This document shows positions 51,690-64,000 of a stretch of 64,000 nt of DNA, one piece after another (the first letter of the stretch is position 1; each line of letters begins with the position of its first letter). The position numbers and the translations under genes were made by a program. Source of the DNA: Octopus sinensis (lineage: Eukaryota); assembly GCF_006345805.1 (NCBI RefSeq), contig NC_043011.1, positions 16,132,464 through 16,196,463 on the forward strand, in the 5' to 3' direction. The notes beneath the pieces are model-generated. The model saw nothing but the letters and a program-made list of their open reading frames with translations, ran no database searches and had not been told where the DNA came from.

Positions 51690-52520
51690 ATGGATATTTG
51701 TCCTCATCTTGTTTGTTGTTAACGTTTCGGCTGATAAACCTTCCTGATATATATCGACATATATATCGACAAGAAGAGAGTTTAGCAATGGGTTCGCCAT
51801 TATACTTTGCGAATTTCTCTTCGGGATCAACACCACTAAAACCAACCCTATGGTTGAGTTATGTTGATAACAACTTCATACTCTGTCCCCTCCAGGAGGA
51901 TGTCTGTCAAAGTGCTGTTAGATCATGTGAATTCAATAAATCCATCCATACAGTTCACAATGGAAAAAGAAGGAGACAATCAGCTAGCATTCCTGAACGT
52001 ATTAATAACATGCACCAAGTATGGATTCAGGGTATCCGTATACCGCAAGCCGACCTTCACTAGACGATACCTAAACTTCAATTCCCACCATCCACACAGT
52101 GTAAAGAAAGGGATTGATCAGTGCCTAAAACATCATGCATATAATATAAGTAGCGATCGTGATACACACTTAATAATGATCAAGCTTAAAAACAATCTAT
52201 TAAGCGCACTAAATACCCCAAAAGCATGCTATCTACTCATATTATGAAGAAAAGATGAGATGAAACCGATAAACTGTCCAAAGTCTGTCTACCCAAACTG
52301 GAAGGCTTCTCTGAAAAGATACAAAAGATATGCAGCCCATATGACATCAGGACAGTATTCAAGAGTAATACAACACTTAGCAAATATCTCCTTTGAGTAA
52401 AACTACCAATAGAAGAGAAAACGACCAAAAACTGCGTGTATTCCATCCCATGCAGCTGTAGTAGGTTATACAAAGGCGAAACATTCCGTCCCCTCAAAAT
52501 AAGGGTAGACGAAGATCAAA
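51690..52520 (+). pseudogene. Penelope-like element relic (RT C-terminal half plus GIY-YIG start)
   Basis: AMGSP, LSYVDNNF, NSINPSIQFTMEKEGDNQLAFLNV, SVYRKPT..RYLNFNSHHP and NCVYSIPCSC..YKGETFRPLKIR. Confidence 0.88.
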
Positions 52521-52950
52521 AAAATATCAGGCTCAGGGCACATGTTTTGTCCTATTTGAAAACCAGGATGCTTGCACATTCAAAAATAAGGTAAACAAAA
52601 AAGCGTTGATGCAAAAAGTAGTTCGAGAAGACAAATGGTTTATAAAAACGGAAAGAAAAGAAAGAAAAACAAGATTTGCTCTCCCTTTACCCATATACAT
52701 CATAGTCTTTCTGGTGCACCATACGTCAACGGTGCGGGAGTAAATGTCTGCGGTAATTGCCCGCTAAGCATGCCATGCAAAAGAAACTGGCAAAGAGAAT
52801 GTTTAGTGAACAAAATCGGAAACTGTATGAATTTCATCACTTTCATGAATTAAGGAAGTTAAATGCAGCCATCTTATTCGACCACTTAAATTTACTTGTG
52901 TACATTTTCAGAAAATTTAACAAATATAGTGAAAGATTTTATTCCATAGT

Positions 52951-53148
52951 CTGTCACGTCTGGGGAGTCATTTTTTTTTTGTGCCTTATAATATAACACA
53001 TTCACCGGTAAAATTTCCACTTTTTTTCTTATTTTTATTTTCCTAAAATTTTGGGAAAATAAAAATAAGAAAAAAAGTGGAAATTTTACCGGTGAGTGTG
53101 TTAAATAATAAGGCACAAAACGAAAATTACTCTCCCCAGACACAACAG
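52951..53148. repeat. About 198-bp near-perfect palindrome with no spacer (foldback MITE-like)
   Basis: Arms of about 98 bp mirror each other around cctaaaa|ttttggg at 53048/53049. Confidence 0.9.
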
Positions 53149-54461
53149 AATATGCTTCAACGCACGAACTCATAAAGAGTCTTGCAAACCAAATCCAAAA
53201 ACGAAATTTATTCCATAGAATATATGACAAATATATATTACGCAGCCGGTGTCTACCCAATACAGGAGATGTTTCAGTCAATGAACAATGACGATGAGGT
53301 ATGTATCAGAATATTTTCTTTGATCTAAATACATAACCATCATTCCCTTTTTGACTGAGAGGTTAAGCGTTTGTTAATTTTGACTGAAGTGCAGTGGCGA
53401 GGAAAAAGAAATTTACGGGATATAGTAAAATTGTTAAGGAATTTCTGTTTTGTATGATACTGTCAGAAGTGCCAATAAAAGAGGAATACTATAAAAGAAA
53501 GATTATCGTAGTAGTATATAATAAAGAGTTGATAGAACTAAATTGAATGAAGAAAAAATATGGAAGTTTCCATTAGAATGAAAGCTCAGAATATATTCCG
53601 ACTGAGTAATCAATCCAACATAATACTGTATTCGCTGCAATTAAATTACACTGAACGTAAAATAGATACAATAGGCAAGTATTAAATGAGATACGTCAGT
53701 TAAGAAATGGGTTACTAGCTGAGATAAGTCAAGTGGTGGTGGGAGGATTTATAGTTAAGAACACTATCAGTAATATTAGTTAAATCGATATAAGTTAGTT
53801 GTGTTAAATGGTCATGTGGAAATTTTAAGAGTATTCTATTTAAGATGAGAGAACAACGGAATAATAACTATTTCACCTACATTTGAAGATTTTAAATACC
53901 GCTACTGATGAGTGAAACAAATTTTAACAGAGTCTCTAAGTATAATTGGCAGTAAAATTGGATAGTTAATATTTTTTCTTCTTTTACTCCCTAAATGAAC
54001 CAATCAAGGCAAGCACCGGGGACTTTTCTTTTGTAATTAACACTGTTATGTTATGTGATTTTTTACTTTGAAGGCTGTAGTTCCTAATGTTTGAACCGAG
54101 CATTTATAAAGCAAATTATTCTTCCAACGCTGCACAGTTACATATGTTTGACTATCATAAGGTATTTACTTTATTTTATTTCTACTAATGTTATTATTAT
54201 GAGGAGACATTGTATTGCTCTCATCATCATAAATAATTACATCAGATATATTATCTATAGCTGACCTACATTGGTATTTTTCTGCCTGAAATAGTACAAG
54301 TAGATTCGTAATTCCTTATAGTGTTTAATTTCTTAATGTTAACAATAGCTAAATTATCAGCAAATTAGATGTGGAATACACAGATTTCTTGGTCTATCTG
54401 TTGAATACCTTCCTGTAACTGCTAGAGTGGTATCCAGTTTAATCCATAACTCTTTTAAATA

Positions 54462-54836
54462 CTTATTTGTACTTGTGGCGATATTCACCCTGGGCGGGTT
54501 GAGTCGGATTCTTCTACTCATCGAAGATGTTTCGTGGGAATATGAATTTCACAAGCAGTCCCCAACAATCCCGCATGTGGAGACATCCTGTTTGCCGCAG
54601 ATTGTCAGCAGACACAGGGACAGAACGACCGAGGAGCCGCCGGTTGCCGAAACAGACACTCCGAGGATTTTCACCAGAGCCCCGTCTGCCGGGTTGTGGG
54701 CCTAATACTACTCGGTGTCAGACCAATCCGCCTTGGGTGGCCCTACCAAGAACCGAAGATCCCGACAGCATAGCTCTGACACTACCCGTTGCCAGCGTCC
54801 CCACTACGGTGAGGAGGGGATGGACTTTGGGGACGC
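54462..54836 (-). mobile_element. 375-bp GC-rich retroposon, copy 2, with a 14-bp TSD
   Basis: TSD aactcttttaaata at 54448-54461 and 54837-54850. Minus-strand tail acaagtacaaataag. Confidence 0.85.
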
Positions 54837-55617
54837 AACTCTTTTAAATAATGAGATTTCAATTAAATTAATTTCAGGAATCCGAATATTTTCTTGTTCA
54901 TTACTGTGGTGGGCACTAACTGTTGCTATCTATCCCTTGTCATTAAAGTCTATTTTGAAATTACGTTAACATAATTACTACCGGCGTTTTCAATATGGCT
55001 TTAATACGTACTAAACATTATTACTGAAACGGTGATTCTGTTTGAGTAATATTTTTTTTTACAAATGTTGTCAGCATGGAATACAATCTCATAAGTAATG
55101 CAGAGCGAGCAGAAATATCTATCTATAATTTACCCATGTCATGTAATATATCATTAACTCTCAAATAATGTTAATTCAGATATTTCAGCAATTACATAGC
55201 TAAATTCTGTGTATGTATCTATAAAATCATGATATTGTTAACAACATATACACATCACCGTATCCACTGAAATCATAATATGAAGTTATCTAAATGTACG
55301 TATGTACAACCATACACAGTGAGAAAGAAAGAGTAATCTTTAACTATCATAGACTACCAGTTTGAAGCCAAAGTCTTATTTTTCTGGAATACTCCTTAAG
55401 GATTCTTTAATATTGACTAAAGCACTGGGCAATAAATAACTCAGTATTCTCGCGATGTCGCAATATATAGTTACAGATATATATATGTATATAAGAGGAA
55501 TGTAATATACATAGAATAATTATTGGCATATTCAAAGCAGTCCGAAAAGTCAAATTCTTAAGTTCAAAATGTTGACACGATGACGTTCGAGTAAAGATAT
55601 TCTAAGTAATATACATA

Positions 55618-55917
55618 GTGGAAGTACATGGCCTAGTGGTTAGAGCAGCTGTCGTGGGATCGCGGGTTCGAATCTCAGACTGAACGATGTGTGTGTTTAT
55701 AAGCGAAACACCTAAGCTCCACGCGGCTCCTGCAGAAGGTAATGGCAAAACGTCTGCTGACTCTTACGCCACAACATTCTCTCACTCTTTCTTCCTGTAT
55801 CTTGCAGCTCACCTGCGACGGACCAGCGTACCGTCCAGGTGGGGAACCTATACGCTAAGAAACCGGGAAACCGGACCTTATGAGCCGGGCATGGCTCGAG
55901 AAGGAACAAATAACAAC
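55618..55917 (+). mobile_element. tRNA-derived SINE with a 14-bp TSD
   Basis: A box tggcctagtgg, B box ggttcgaatc, (aac)-type tail. TSD aagtaatatacata (55604-55617) / aagtaatatgcata (55918-55931). Confidence 0.85.
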
Positions 55918-56057
55918 AAGTAATATGCATATGTATGTATGTATGTATGTATGTATCCACATTAAGTATATGTATACATACATGCATACACACATATACA
56001 TGCCAGTTAACTTAGGATTTCTTAACGATAATATAACATTCATATAATGAATGTCTC

Positions 56058-56125
56058 TTCAGCCTGATGAGTTGCTAATTATTACATGAGAGGATCTTCT
56101 AGCTATGAAACATATGTAGACTGAA
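56058..56125 (+). ncRNA. Type I hammerhead ribozyme motif
   Basis: ttcagc-CTGATGA-gttgcta(22 nt)tagctat-GAAAC-ATAT-GTA-gactgaa. Stem I has one bulge, and stem III carries palindromic ACATATGT. Confidence 0.6.
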
Positions 56126-56399
56126 TTTTACCTGCTTCACTCGCTGAGTTTGGATTTTTATTCGCATTGATAGTAACTCATGTCACTGTGAAATATAAAA
56201 TTTGTTTTTCCAGCTTATCGAACTTTGATATGGGAAAAGCCTACAACCTTCGACGCCAATAAATCATTATTGTTCGTGAACGCTGTTTTATATATCTACC
56301 ACGGACCACCCGAAGATTACGAGCTTCCTACACTTATACCCATGGATCTCATTATTATATATCGATATTTGTGTATTTGTGTGTACGTGTTTGTGTATG

Positions 56400-56413
56400 T
56401 ATGTATAAATATA

Positions 56414-56472
<59 letters not shown>

Positions 56473-56498
56473 GATTGTATAATATATCTCTATCTTTA

Positions 56499-56582
<84 letters not shown>

Positions 56583-56607
56583 GATTGTATAATATATCTC
56601 TATCTTA

Positions 56608-56650
<43 letters not shown>

Positions 56651-56675
56651 GATTATATAATATATCTCTATCTTT

Positions 56676-56718
<43 letters not shown>

Positions 56719-56740
56719 ATATATATATATATATATATAT
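56400..56740 (+). repeat. Higher-order repeat of a compound (TA)/(CT) microsatellite unit
   Basis: catgatt(g/a)tataatatatctctatc recurs at about 56470, 56580 and 56649. Confidence 0.85.
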
Positions 56741-58457
56741 TCTATTATATTAGCGAAGAAGACTATAGATAAACGATATAGATGAATGTATTGTTTACAA
56801 TAAATGTCCTGTAGAACATTGGGGATTGGTCAAGGTAAGCATTTATTTCTATTCAACCTTGTCTGAATTAAGACATCACTATTATAAAATAACATCCGGT
56901 TTTTATAAATATGTTTTCATTTGGCGTTATTAGGCTTTCTGAGACATCAATACCTTTATAAGAATTAATGGTTGCTTCTTTGTTTTATTGCTAACAATCA
57001 GCCCTGTTTAAAACTCTAAGAAAGTTATGAATATTTATAACCTATAACTAAAATTCCCGAAAACAATTATAATTATTAGAGGAACAAATCAATATAGTCG
57101 AAAGATGATAGAGTGACAATTATTAATAAATATTATAAGAGCAAACGACAGAGAATGCAACCAAAATATTTACTCTGATTTTATCAAAATATCAAAGAGA
57201 GAACAATAAAATATTCTTCAAATCAATATTGGGGTATTTTATTCCAGTAGAATGTCAGTAACTGAATTTACTGCGATGGCTTGCTTAGTTACTTTAAACT
57301 TATGAGGTAAAACGTGTAATTTTGTAGAAATATTACAGCATTCGAATGGCAGGAACACGTTTTTATTACATTATCTCAAAGCTATGTCGTAAACTGAAAT
57401 AGTGAGAAAGTGAAAGTAAATTGTTTTCTGTAACGTCAGGTATTTGATATGTTTTGTTTCTCTTGATGTACTATATAAATAAAATATACATACGTACAAG
57501 CGCACGCAAAATGACACGTGCCGCTAGTATTAATATTTTTGATTTACTTCGTTATCAAAAATAAGGACTCAGCGGTTTGATCAACTGAATTATCTATTTA
57601 CAAATTTAGTGTGTAAAAGACTGATCATTCCATCAATACGAATACTGTAACAAATTTTACGCAGGAATATATCCCGACAGTGCGAAGGATAAGGGATAAC
57701 CTGAGAATTGCATACTACGGAGGAATGTTATGTTAATTTACAAGAACTGGATTGTTATGCGGTTTGTCACCAAAATAATTAATTGTACCATTCCTTTTTG
57801 ATGGTCCGATGACTGGTTTCAGATACATAAACTCAATTGTCATGCCAAGTATGCAGTAAATTTATTGTGTGGAATTTTATTTCCAAAACTGTGGGTCATC
57901 CTAGCACTACATAAAAGTATAAGGGCTTAATTTGAATACCTTTTCTCAAGCAGGCGAACATGACGAAAATATACAGTAGAATACTTACCGTGTTCACCAG
58001 GCTCACAAATATTTCTGGTATCAAGGGGATACCCCGAAATTTACTGTATAAAACGCCAGGAGTCGAGAAGCTGAGAGCTGCCATTGAACGAGAATGAGCT
58101 AAAATACCGAAGAAAACGTTTTTTGATTTTTTACAATGTCATTGCTTCAGGTTATCTAGAATATCTACTCCATATCCATTTTCTCACACCGTCTCCGATG
58201 AAGGGATATATAAAATATTCCGGAAACACCTGTAAGACCTTCTATTTATAAAGGTTCTGAAATCTTTCACAGCCTTTTTTTTATATCATTCTGTTAATGT
58301 TCTTATATATACACATGCTGAGATATGATATATGACCTACGTTGGACTCCTCATTCGCATAATCACCGAACATGGAGATTAACTATATTCTGTCCATAGC
58401 ATTTACTCAGCATTATCTGACACATTTGGGTCTACTTGACACCATTACTTCTCATAA

Positions 58458-58506
<49 letters not shown>

Positions 58507-58581
58507 GAATACATAATGTATATGTGTATAACATATATGTATGTATATGTGTATATATATAATATATATATGTATTATATC

Positions 58582-58938
58582 GAGGGCACTATTACATATA
58601 AATACCTCACGCTAGGAGGGACTCTTAAAGTCAAAACTACTAAAATAAGTAAACACGTTGTACCGAAACAATTCTCGAAGCAAGCCATCTAAAAACAGAA
58701 TTTAACCACATATCACACTGTGATTTCGTAGTCAGTGCAATAATATTCGCTCTTTACTCTTCAGTGTGTGCATAATTCAAGATTTATAATGAATAAACAC
58801 AGTGTGATATGTGACTAAATTCTGTTTATAGATGACTTGCTTCGAGAATTGTTTCGGTACAACGTGTTTGCTTATTTTAGTAGTTTTGACTTTAAGTGTC
58901 ACTCCTAGCGTGAGGCATCTATGTGTAATAGTGCCCTC
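58582..58938. mobile_element. 357-bp foldback MITE with 141-bp TIRs
   Basis: Arms 58582-58722 and 58798-58938 (gagggcact.../...agtgccctc) with a 75-bp spacer, in TA-rich flanks. Confidence 0.9.
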
Positions 58939-61059
58939 TATATAATATAAATAAATAAATTTAAAAGAAAAAAATGATGTATTTTCCTCTTATGAGGTTT
59001 CTCACGCTAACTACTTGACAAATTCTTATGAAGATTTTATCCTATTTTGAAATTATAATATATATGTATATGTGCAACGTTTGTGCCTGTGTATACTCAT
59101 GTATGCATGTATATATTTCTACAACATATAAATATGTTTGTGTGTTTATGTGTGTGTGTATCAGCAACATTATGTTTATGTTTGTTATGGGTAAACCTGT
59201 GTATGTGAAGTGAGGTAAACTAGGGATTAGTGTATTTGTCTTTTGATCACCTGAAATTGTGTGGTCTTGAGCGAATCTCTTTATTCCAGTGATCTTATAG
59301 TCCCATTGCATAGAAATGCGTATCACGACAATAGTATCGATCCCGTGTACTGTTCATATAAATGGAGTCGATTCCGTTCCCCTTTTCGTGTAGGTGAAGT
59401 GTCTAATTGCATTTTCGGTTTTAAAAAACCACCTTCTTTTAAACCTGTAGACACGTGACAGACCTTTGAAAACACACACTCACATTCAGATACGCAACCA
59501 CCCATTCAGTTGTATAGTCTGAAAGAGATTAGGTTTGGCGAATAAGTGCACTGGTTCGTTTTACTAACATCATCTTATCATCAAACATATTCCAGTATAC
59601 TGATATGGTTCCTAATGCTTTTAGCATAGTGTTAGGAGTCTTACATGAGTTGATTACTTAGGTTCTACATCACACTGAGTTTTGTCAACTCTGGATATCT
59701 CTCAAAATCTGAAAACTTTAAAAGTAACTGACATATTAATAATCGCTTTTTATTTTGATATGATTCATCCATTTTATTAGATTTTATGTTTGTTGAAAAT
59801 GATAAAAGAACAGTTTTATAATCGACTCCAGTTATTTAAATAGTTGGATTTGGAATTTTAATGGTTCTCCACTTTCTATTAGGTTTATTATTATGAATTT
59901 CCCTATGAAATGCCTAAGAAGCAAGATCATTTCTTACGTGCATATATTGCTTTTGTCGTTCGATAATGTCTCAGTTCTTATCTGAGTAAATTCCGCAATA
60001 TTTGAATTTCTATACATAGCTGAATAACGTTTTGATATTCCACATTTACACGTTTATCAATCAAAGAATGTTTCTGAAATGATGCATGTATCGACTGATG
60101 GTTTCGAAAGTCTAGTCAAGATTGTTTCTACCGTTGCGTTTATAAATAAATGCATCTGTAAATAGAGATAATACAATATACACTCTTGATTTTCTGTTAG
60201 AAACAAATACCAGAATATCGAGATGTTGAAGTTAAATATATATATGTTTACTACGGTCGCACTTCTTTCATCACTAACTGAGCACAGGGATTTTGGTATG
60301 TTATTTAACTATGTTAAAATCCATAATGCACACGGTATCTACGAAGTCACTTTTCAAATTATCTAAAAATGGATACCAACGGAAATATAGCATGTATATT
60401 GTGAAATCACTTGAAGGTTTTTATACTATTTTCACCCAAAATTCTGATTGATAAAAGAGTGACAAATTTGAGATTTTCGATAAATGCTGTCACTTGAATT
60501 AGATCCTATTCGCAGTAAGGAATTACAGACGTTCATCAGATTCAAATACTCTAGATATTTCAGTATACATTTACTCAACACTACTTAATCTACATATATA
60601 TGATAATCATAAACCAGCGAAGAAGGCAGGTGACGCACCATGATCACTTATACAGAAATGCATATATTTTGCTTAATTTTGTGCCAATGGTATATATTTT
60701 CACAACTGAGAGATTTATGTATTTAAGCTAAATAGAAAAAACAGTCTGAAGGAGGACGAAAAAAGAAGACCTCATATTCTGACGCTGTATATTATGTTGC
60801 GTTTCCATGATATTAAAGATATAGCTAGGAGATATGATATATGAATGATGGGATGGCGAGCGACAAAATGACGCGACACTTGGATTGATTGCTGCAATGG
60901 AACAACGGAAAGAATAAAAATATATTTACATTACTATGTGAATTGAATGTACTTGAGTGTAATTTGCTTGTATTACATGACTCCAGGTTTTGGCATACAT
61001 GTGTGCGTATATACATATATAGTTCAAAGGTACAGAAAACAAAAATACATTTGTGTAGG

Positions 61060-61098
<39 letters not shown>

Positions 61099-61231
61099 GT
61101 CTCTACATAAATGTACACCCATGTATAAACAAAAATAATAAATATGTATATCTTTGTGTATAAATATATATATGAATACATATATCATTATATATCATAT
61201 ATATGTGTGTATATATATGCATATATGTAAA

Positions 61232-61285
<54 letters not shown>

Positions 61286-61316
61286 TAATATATATATATA
61301 TATATATATACATACA

Positions 61317-61407
<91 letters not shown>

Positions 61408-62300
61408 TATATATCGTATAAATTGATAATTCAGTCGATCAATCCACTCTTCAGCTTCATCTTGCCATATTCCATTTTTACCATTCTACGTATAAAAGCA
61501 TCTTCAAAGAAACAAATTGGTCTCCGGGTTATTATTCAGAACATAAAAAAAAATCTCATTAAGTGTGTTGCTTTAATGGATTGTGTCCTTTATCTATAAT
61601 ATATCAAAACAATAGTATAAAACTCTTAGCTCTATGTATGGTAATGGAAAGACATTTCCAAACAAACGTATATTTTAATTTACCCCGGTTTAAAGAATAA
61701 AAAAAAGCAAGGTCTTGAAACATGCCAATAATATATTTACTTTAGATGAGACCATTTTATTTGCGAAGAATTTTGGAGTGTACGTTTGAACGAAAAACAA
61801 TTTAGTGATTATATCTCATGGTAAACCTGTTATTCTTTTTCTTGTTAGTTTTTCTGCTGTCTTTCTGCTTTCGTCTTGGTATAGTAGTTCGCTATATGGG
61901 TGGCTGATTGTTGTATTATCTTGTAAAATATAGTTTTACACGGTACGCTCAAATGAAGTAACATAGTTTGTAAATTGGACTTCAAGCTCTCTTACTGGAA
62001 CCACTGTCTTGGCACACGATGACAGAAAATTAATGAATTGAAAAGTATTAAAAATATTCACTTGAAGAAAGATTAGAGCTCAATATGTTGCCATAATGAT
62101 GCATAATTTAATACTTGGTTACCTCTATACACATACCACCATGCATACATACATGCGAACATGCATATTTTTTTGTGTGTCTGCATGCGTGCGTGTGTAT
62201 GTATGAATGTATGTGTTGTATGCATATATGTATATATATATATATATGTATACTTGCATACATACATACACACATACACACACACACACACACACATATA

Positions 62301-62629
62301 TCTCTCTATATATAAACGGCAGTTTGTCTGTGCGTGTTTCTGTGTGTCTGTTTGCTTGTACCCTCACCCTGACCACGGCTTTCAACCGATTCTGATGAAA
62401 CTTGACACACACATAGCCCAATGTCATAATTCAAAACTAACGCAGCGAAAATTTTGAAAAGTTCCCCCAGTTCTGAAAAAAATCGATAAAATCGACATGG
62501 GGTCGAGAATCAGAAACAAACCACAGACTGTCTAGGGGACGCAACTCAACCTTTTTTAACTCAAAAAAAATTTACCATCATATAGTTATTTCCCTTACAA
62601 ACCTGAGCAACGCCGGGCGATACTGCTAG
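62301..62629 (+). mobile_element. Non-autonomous Helitron-type element
   Basis: 5' TC after A, (GTCT)-like repeats near the 5' end, a subterminal GC hairpin cctgagcaacgccggg, and a 3' CTAG followed by T. Confidence 0.8.
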
Positions 62630-62674
62630 TATATATATATATATATATATATGTATACTTGCATACATACATAC

Positions 62675-62711
<37 letters not shown>

Positions 62712-62718
62712 ATATATA

Positions 62719-64000
62719 TTTTACCCCTCTGCGAAAATATCTCAGAATTTTAATTGATTTGCTTTTCGCAGGAAGGAAAGTTTCTTGTCGAAGATACGTC
62801 TCGCTTTTATCCTTCGAAACGTAGAGTAGATGAAACCTTAGCGACTGAAGAAGGGGTTTTTTCGTTGTGTTAATTGTCCTGTACTCCATTTTTTGTTGTT
62901 TTTAAAAAAATGTCCTGTTCCTTTGGTTTGTGTCTATGTTTTCGTTTCTCTTCGTGTTCGAGGTCCCTTTGGTGTCCTGTACTCATATATGCGTGTATAT
63001 GTACATGTAGAGGTAGGTACGTACATATATGTTTATATATATGCATATGTTTTATTTCATTTATTAATATATTATATGACAAAACGCACGCACCCTCTTA
63101 AGTAAGATTGTTCTGTATATCAAGTTTCGCCTTGATATTAACTCTCACGCGCACTCTTTACATTTCTTCCCTATTCTTTGATTTCCTTTTCCCCCACTTA
63201 ACTTGTCTCTTCCTCTCTCTCTCTCATTCTTCATTCTCTCTGTCCCCTTCACCATTCTTCATGGTCTCCTCGCACCATTCCCCTTCTTCTCTCCCTTCCT
63301 CTTGCTCCTCCTCCCCCCTTCCCGTCGTCCACCCGCGACGATACTTCCACCCTCACTGCTAACTGTCTTTCTAGCCCGCCTTTCAAGGTAACTGGACGAC
63401 TTTTCCTGCTCTCTCGTCGTTCACAAAAAAATCTGCGTTTGCAATACTTTTTTCGTTCGGCGTCAACAGCCCTTCTTATCTTGTTTTCCCTGTCCTGTCA
63501 TTTACTGTTATATATATTTTTTTTACTGTTTATATATTTTTTACTTTTTTTTTACTGTTTATATTTTTGTACTGTCGTTACTGTCCTGTTTTTCTGTTTT
63601 TTTACTGTTTATATTTTTGTACTGTCGTTACTGTCCTGTTTTTTTACCATCTTTTTACCATTTTTTTACCATGTTTTACCCCTCTGCGAAAAGATCTCAG
63701 AATTTTAATTGATTTGCTTTTCGCAGGAAGGAAAGTTTCTTGTCGAAGATACGTCTCGCTTTTATCCTTCGAAACGTAGAGTAGATGAAACCTTAACGAC
63801 TGAAGAAGGGGTTTTTTCGTTGTCTTAATTGTCCCGTACTCCATTTTTTGTTGTTTTTAAAAAAATGTCCTGTTCCTTTGGTTTGTATCTATATTTTCGT
63901 TTCTCTTTGTGTTCGACGTCCCTTTGGTGTCCTGTACTCATATATGCGTGTATATGTACATGTAGAGGTAGGTACGTACATATATGTTTATATATATGCA
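62719..64000 (+). repeat. Direct repeat of at least 327 bp with a 955-bp period (LTR-like or tandem; runs off the window end)
   Basis: 62719-63045 is nearly identical to 63674-64000. The intervening sequence is pyrimidine-rich. Confidence 0.9.

Noticed and set aside
48018-55700. tRNA-like heads at 48018 and 55618 (also 37262 and 41380) as tRNA genes
   Set aside because: No complete cloverleaf. They continue into SINE bodies, with a TSD at 55618.
60496-60543. Minus-strand gaat-CTGATGA...GAAT-aggatcta-attc decayed hammerhead
   Set aside because: The GAAA core is mutated and stem II is poor; at most a dead relic.

Overview
AT-rich, repeat-dominated eukaryotic DNA, most likely an octopus (inferred from the SINE types, the TTAGGG-like repeats and the microsatellite density). 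I could not establish any host protein-coding gene; there are only a few low-confidence minus-strand exon candidates. The one long coding region (24633-28282) belongs to a near-full-length R4/Dong-type non-LTR retrotransposon (RT plus restriction-like endonuclease). It is inserted in an (AAT)n microsatellite next to a 5'-truncated sibling and a second AAT-tailed element. The rest is relics and small elements: older R4-type, CR1-group and Penelope-like LINE fragments, a mariner and a Tc1 relic, several tRNA-derived SINE families, MITEs (two with 8-bp TSDs and internal TTAGGG repeats), foldback elements, a non-autonomous Helitron, and duplications bounded by (TA)n tracts. The most notable signals are (i) minimal type I hammerhead ribozyme motifs, including a homologous family of about 200-bp hammerhead-bearing elements next to (TA)n tracts, (ii) the AAT-targeted retroelement nest, and (iii) a TSD-flanked retroposon of about 375-400 bp whose 5' end partly resembles an HDV-like ribozyme. 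All folds and alignments were done by eye and none was computed.
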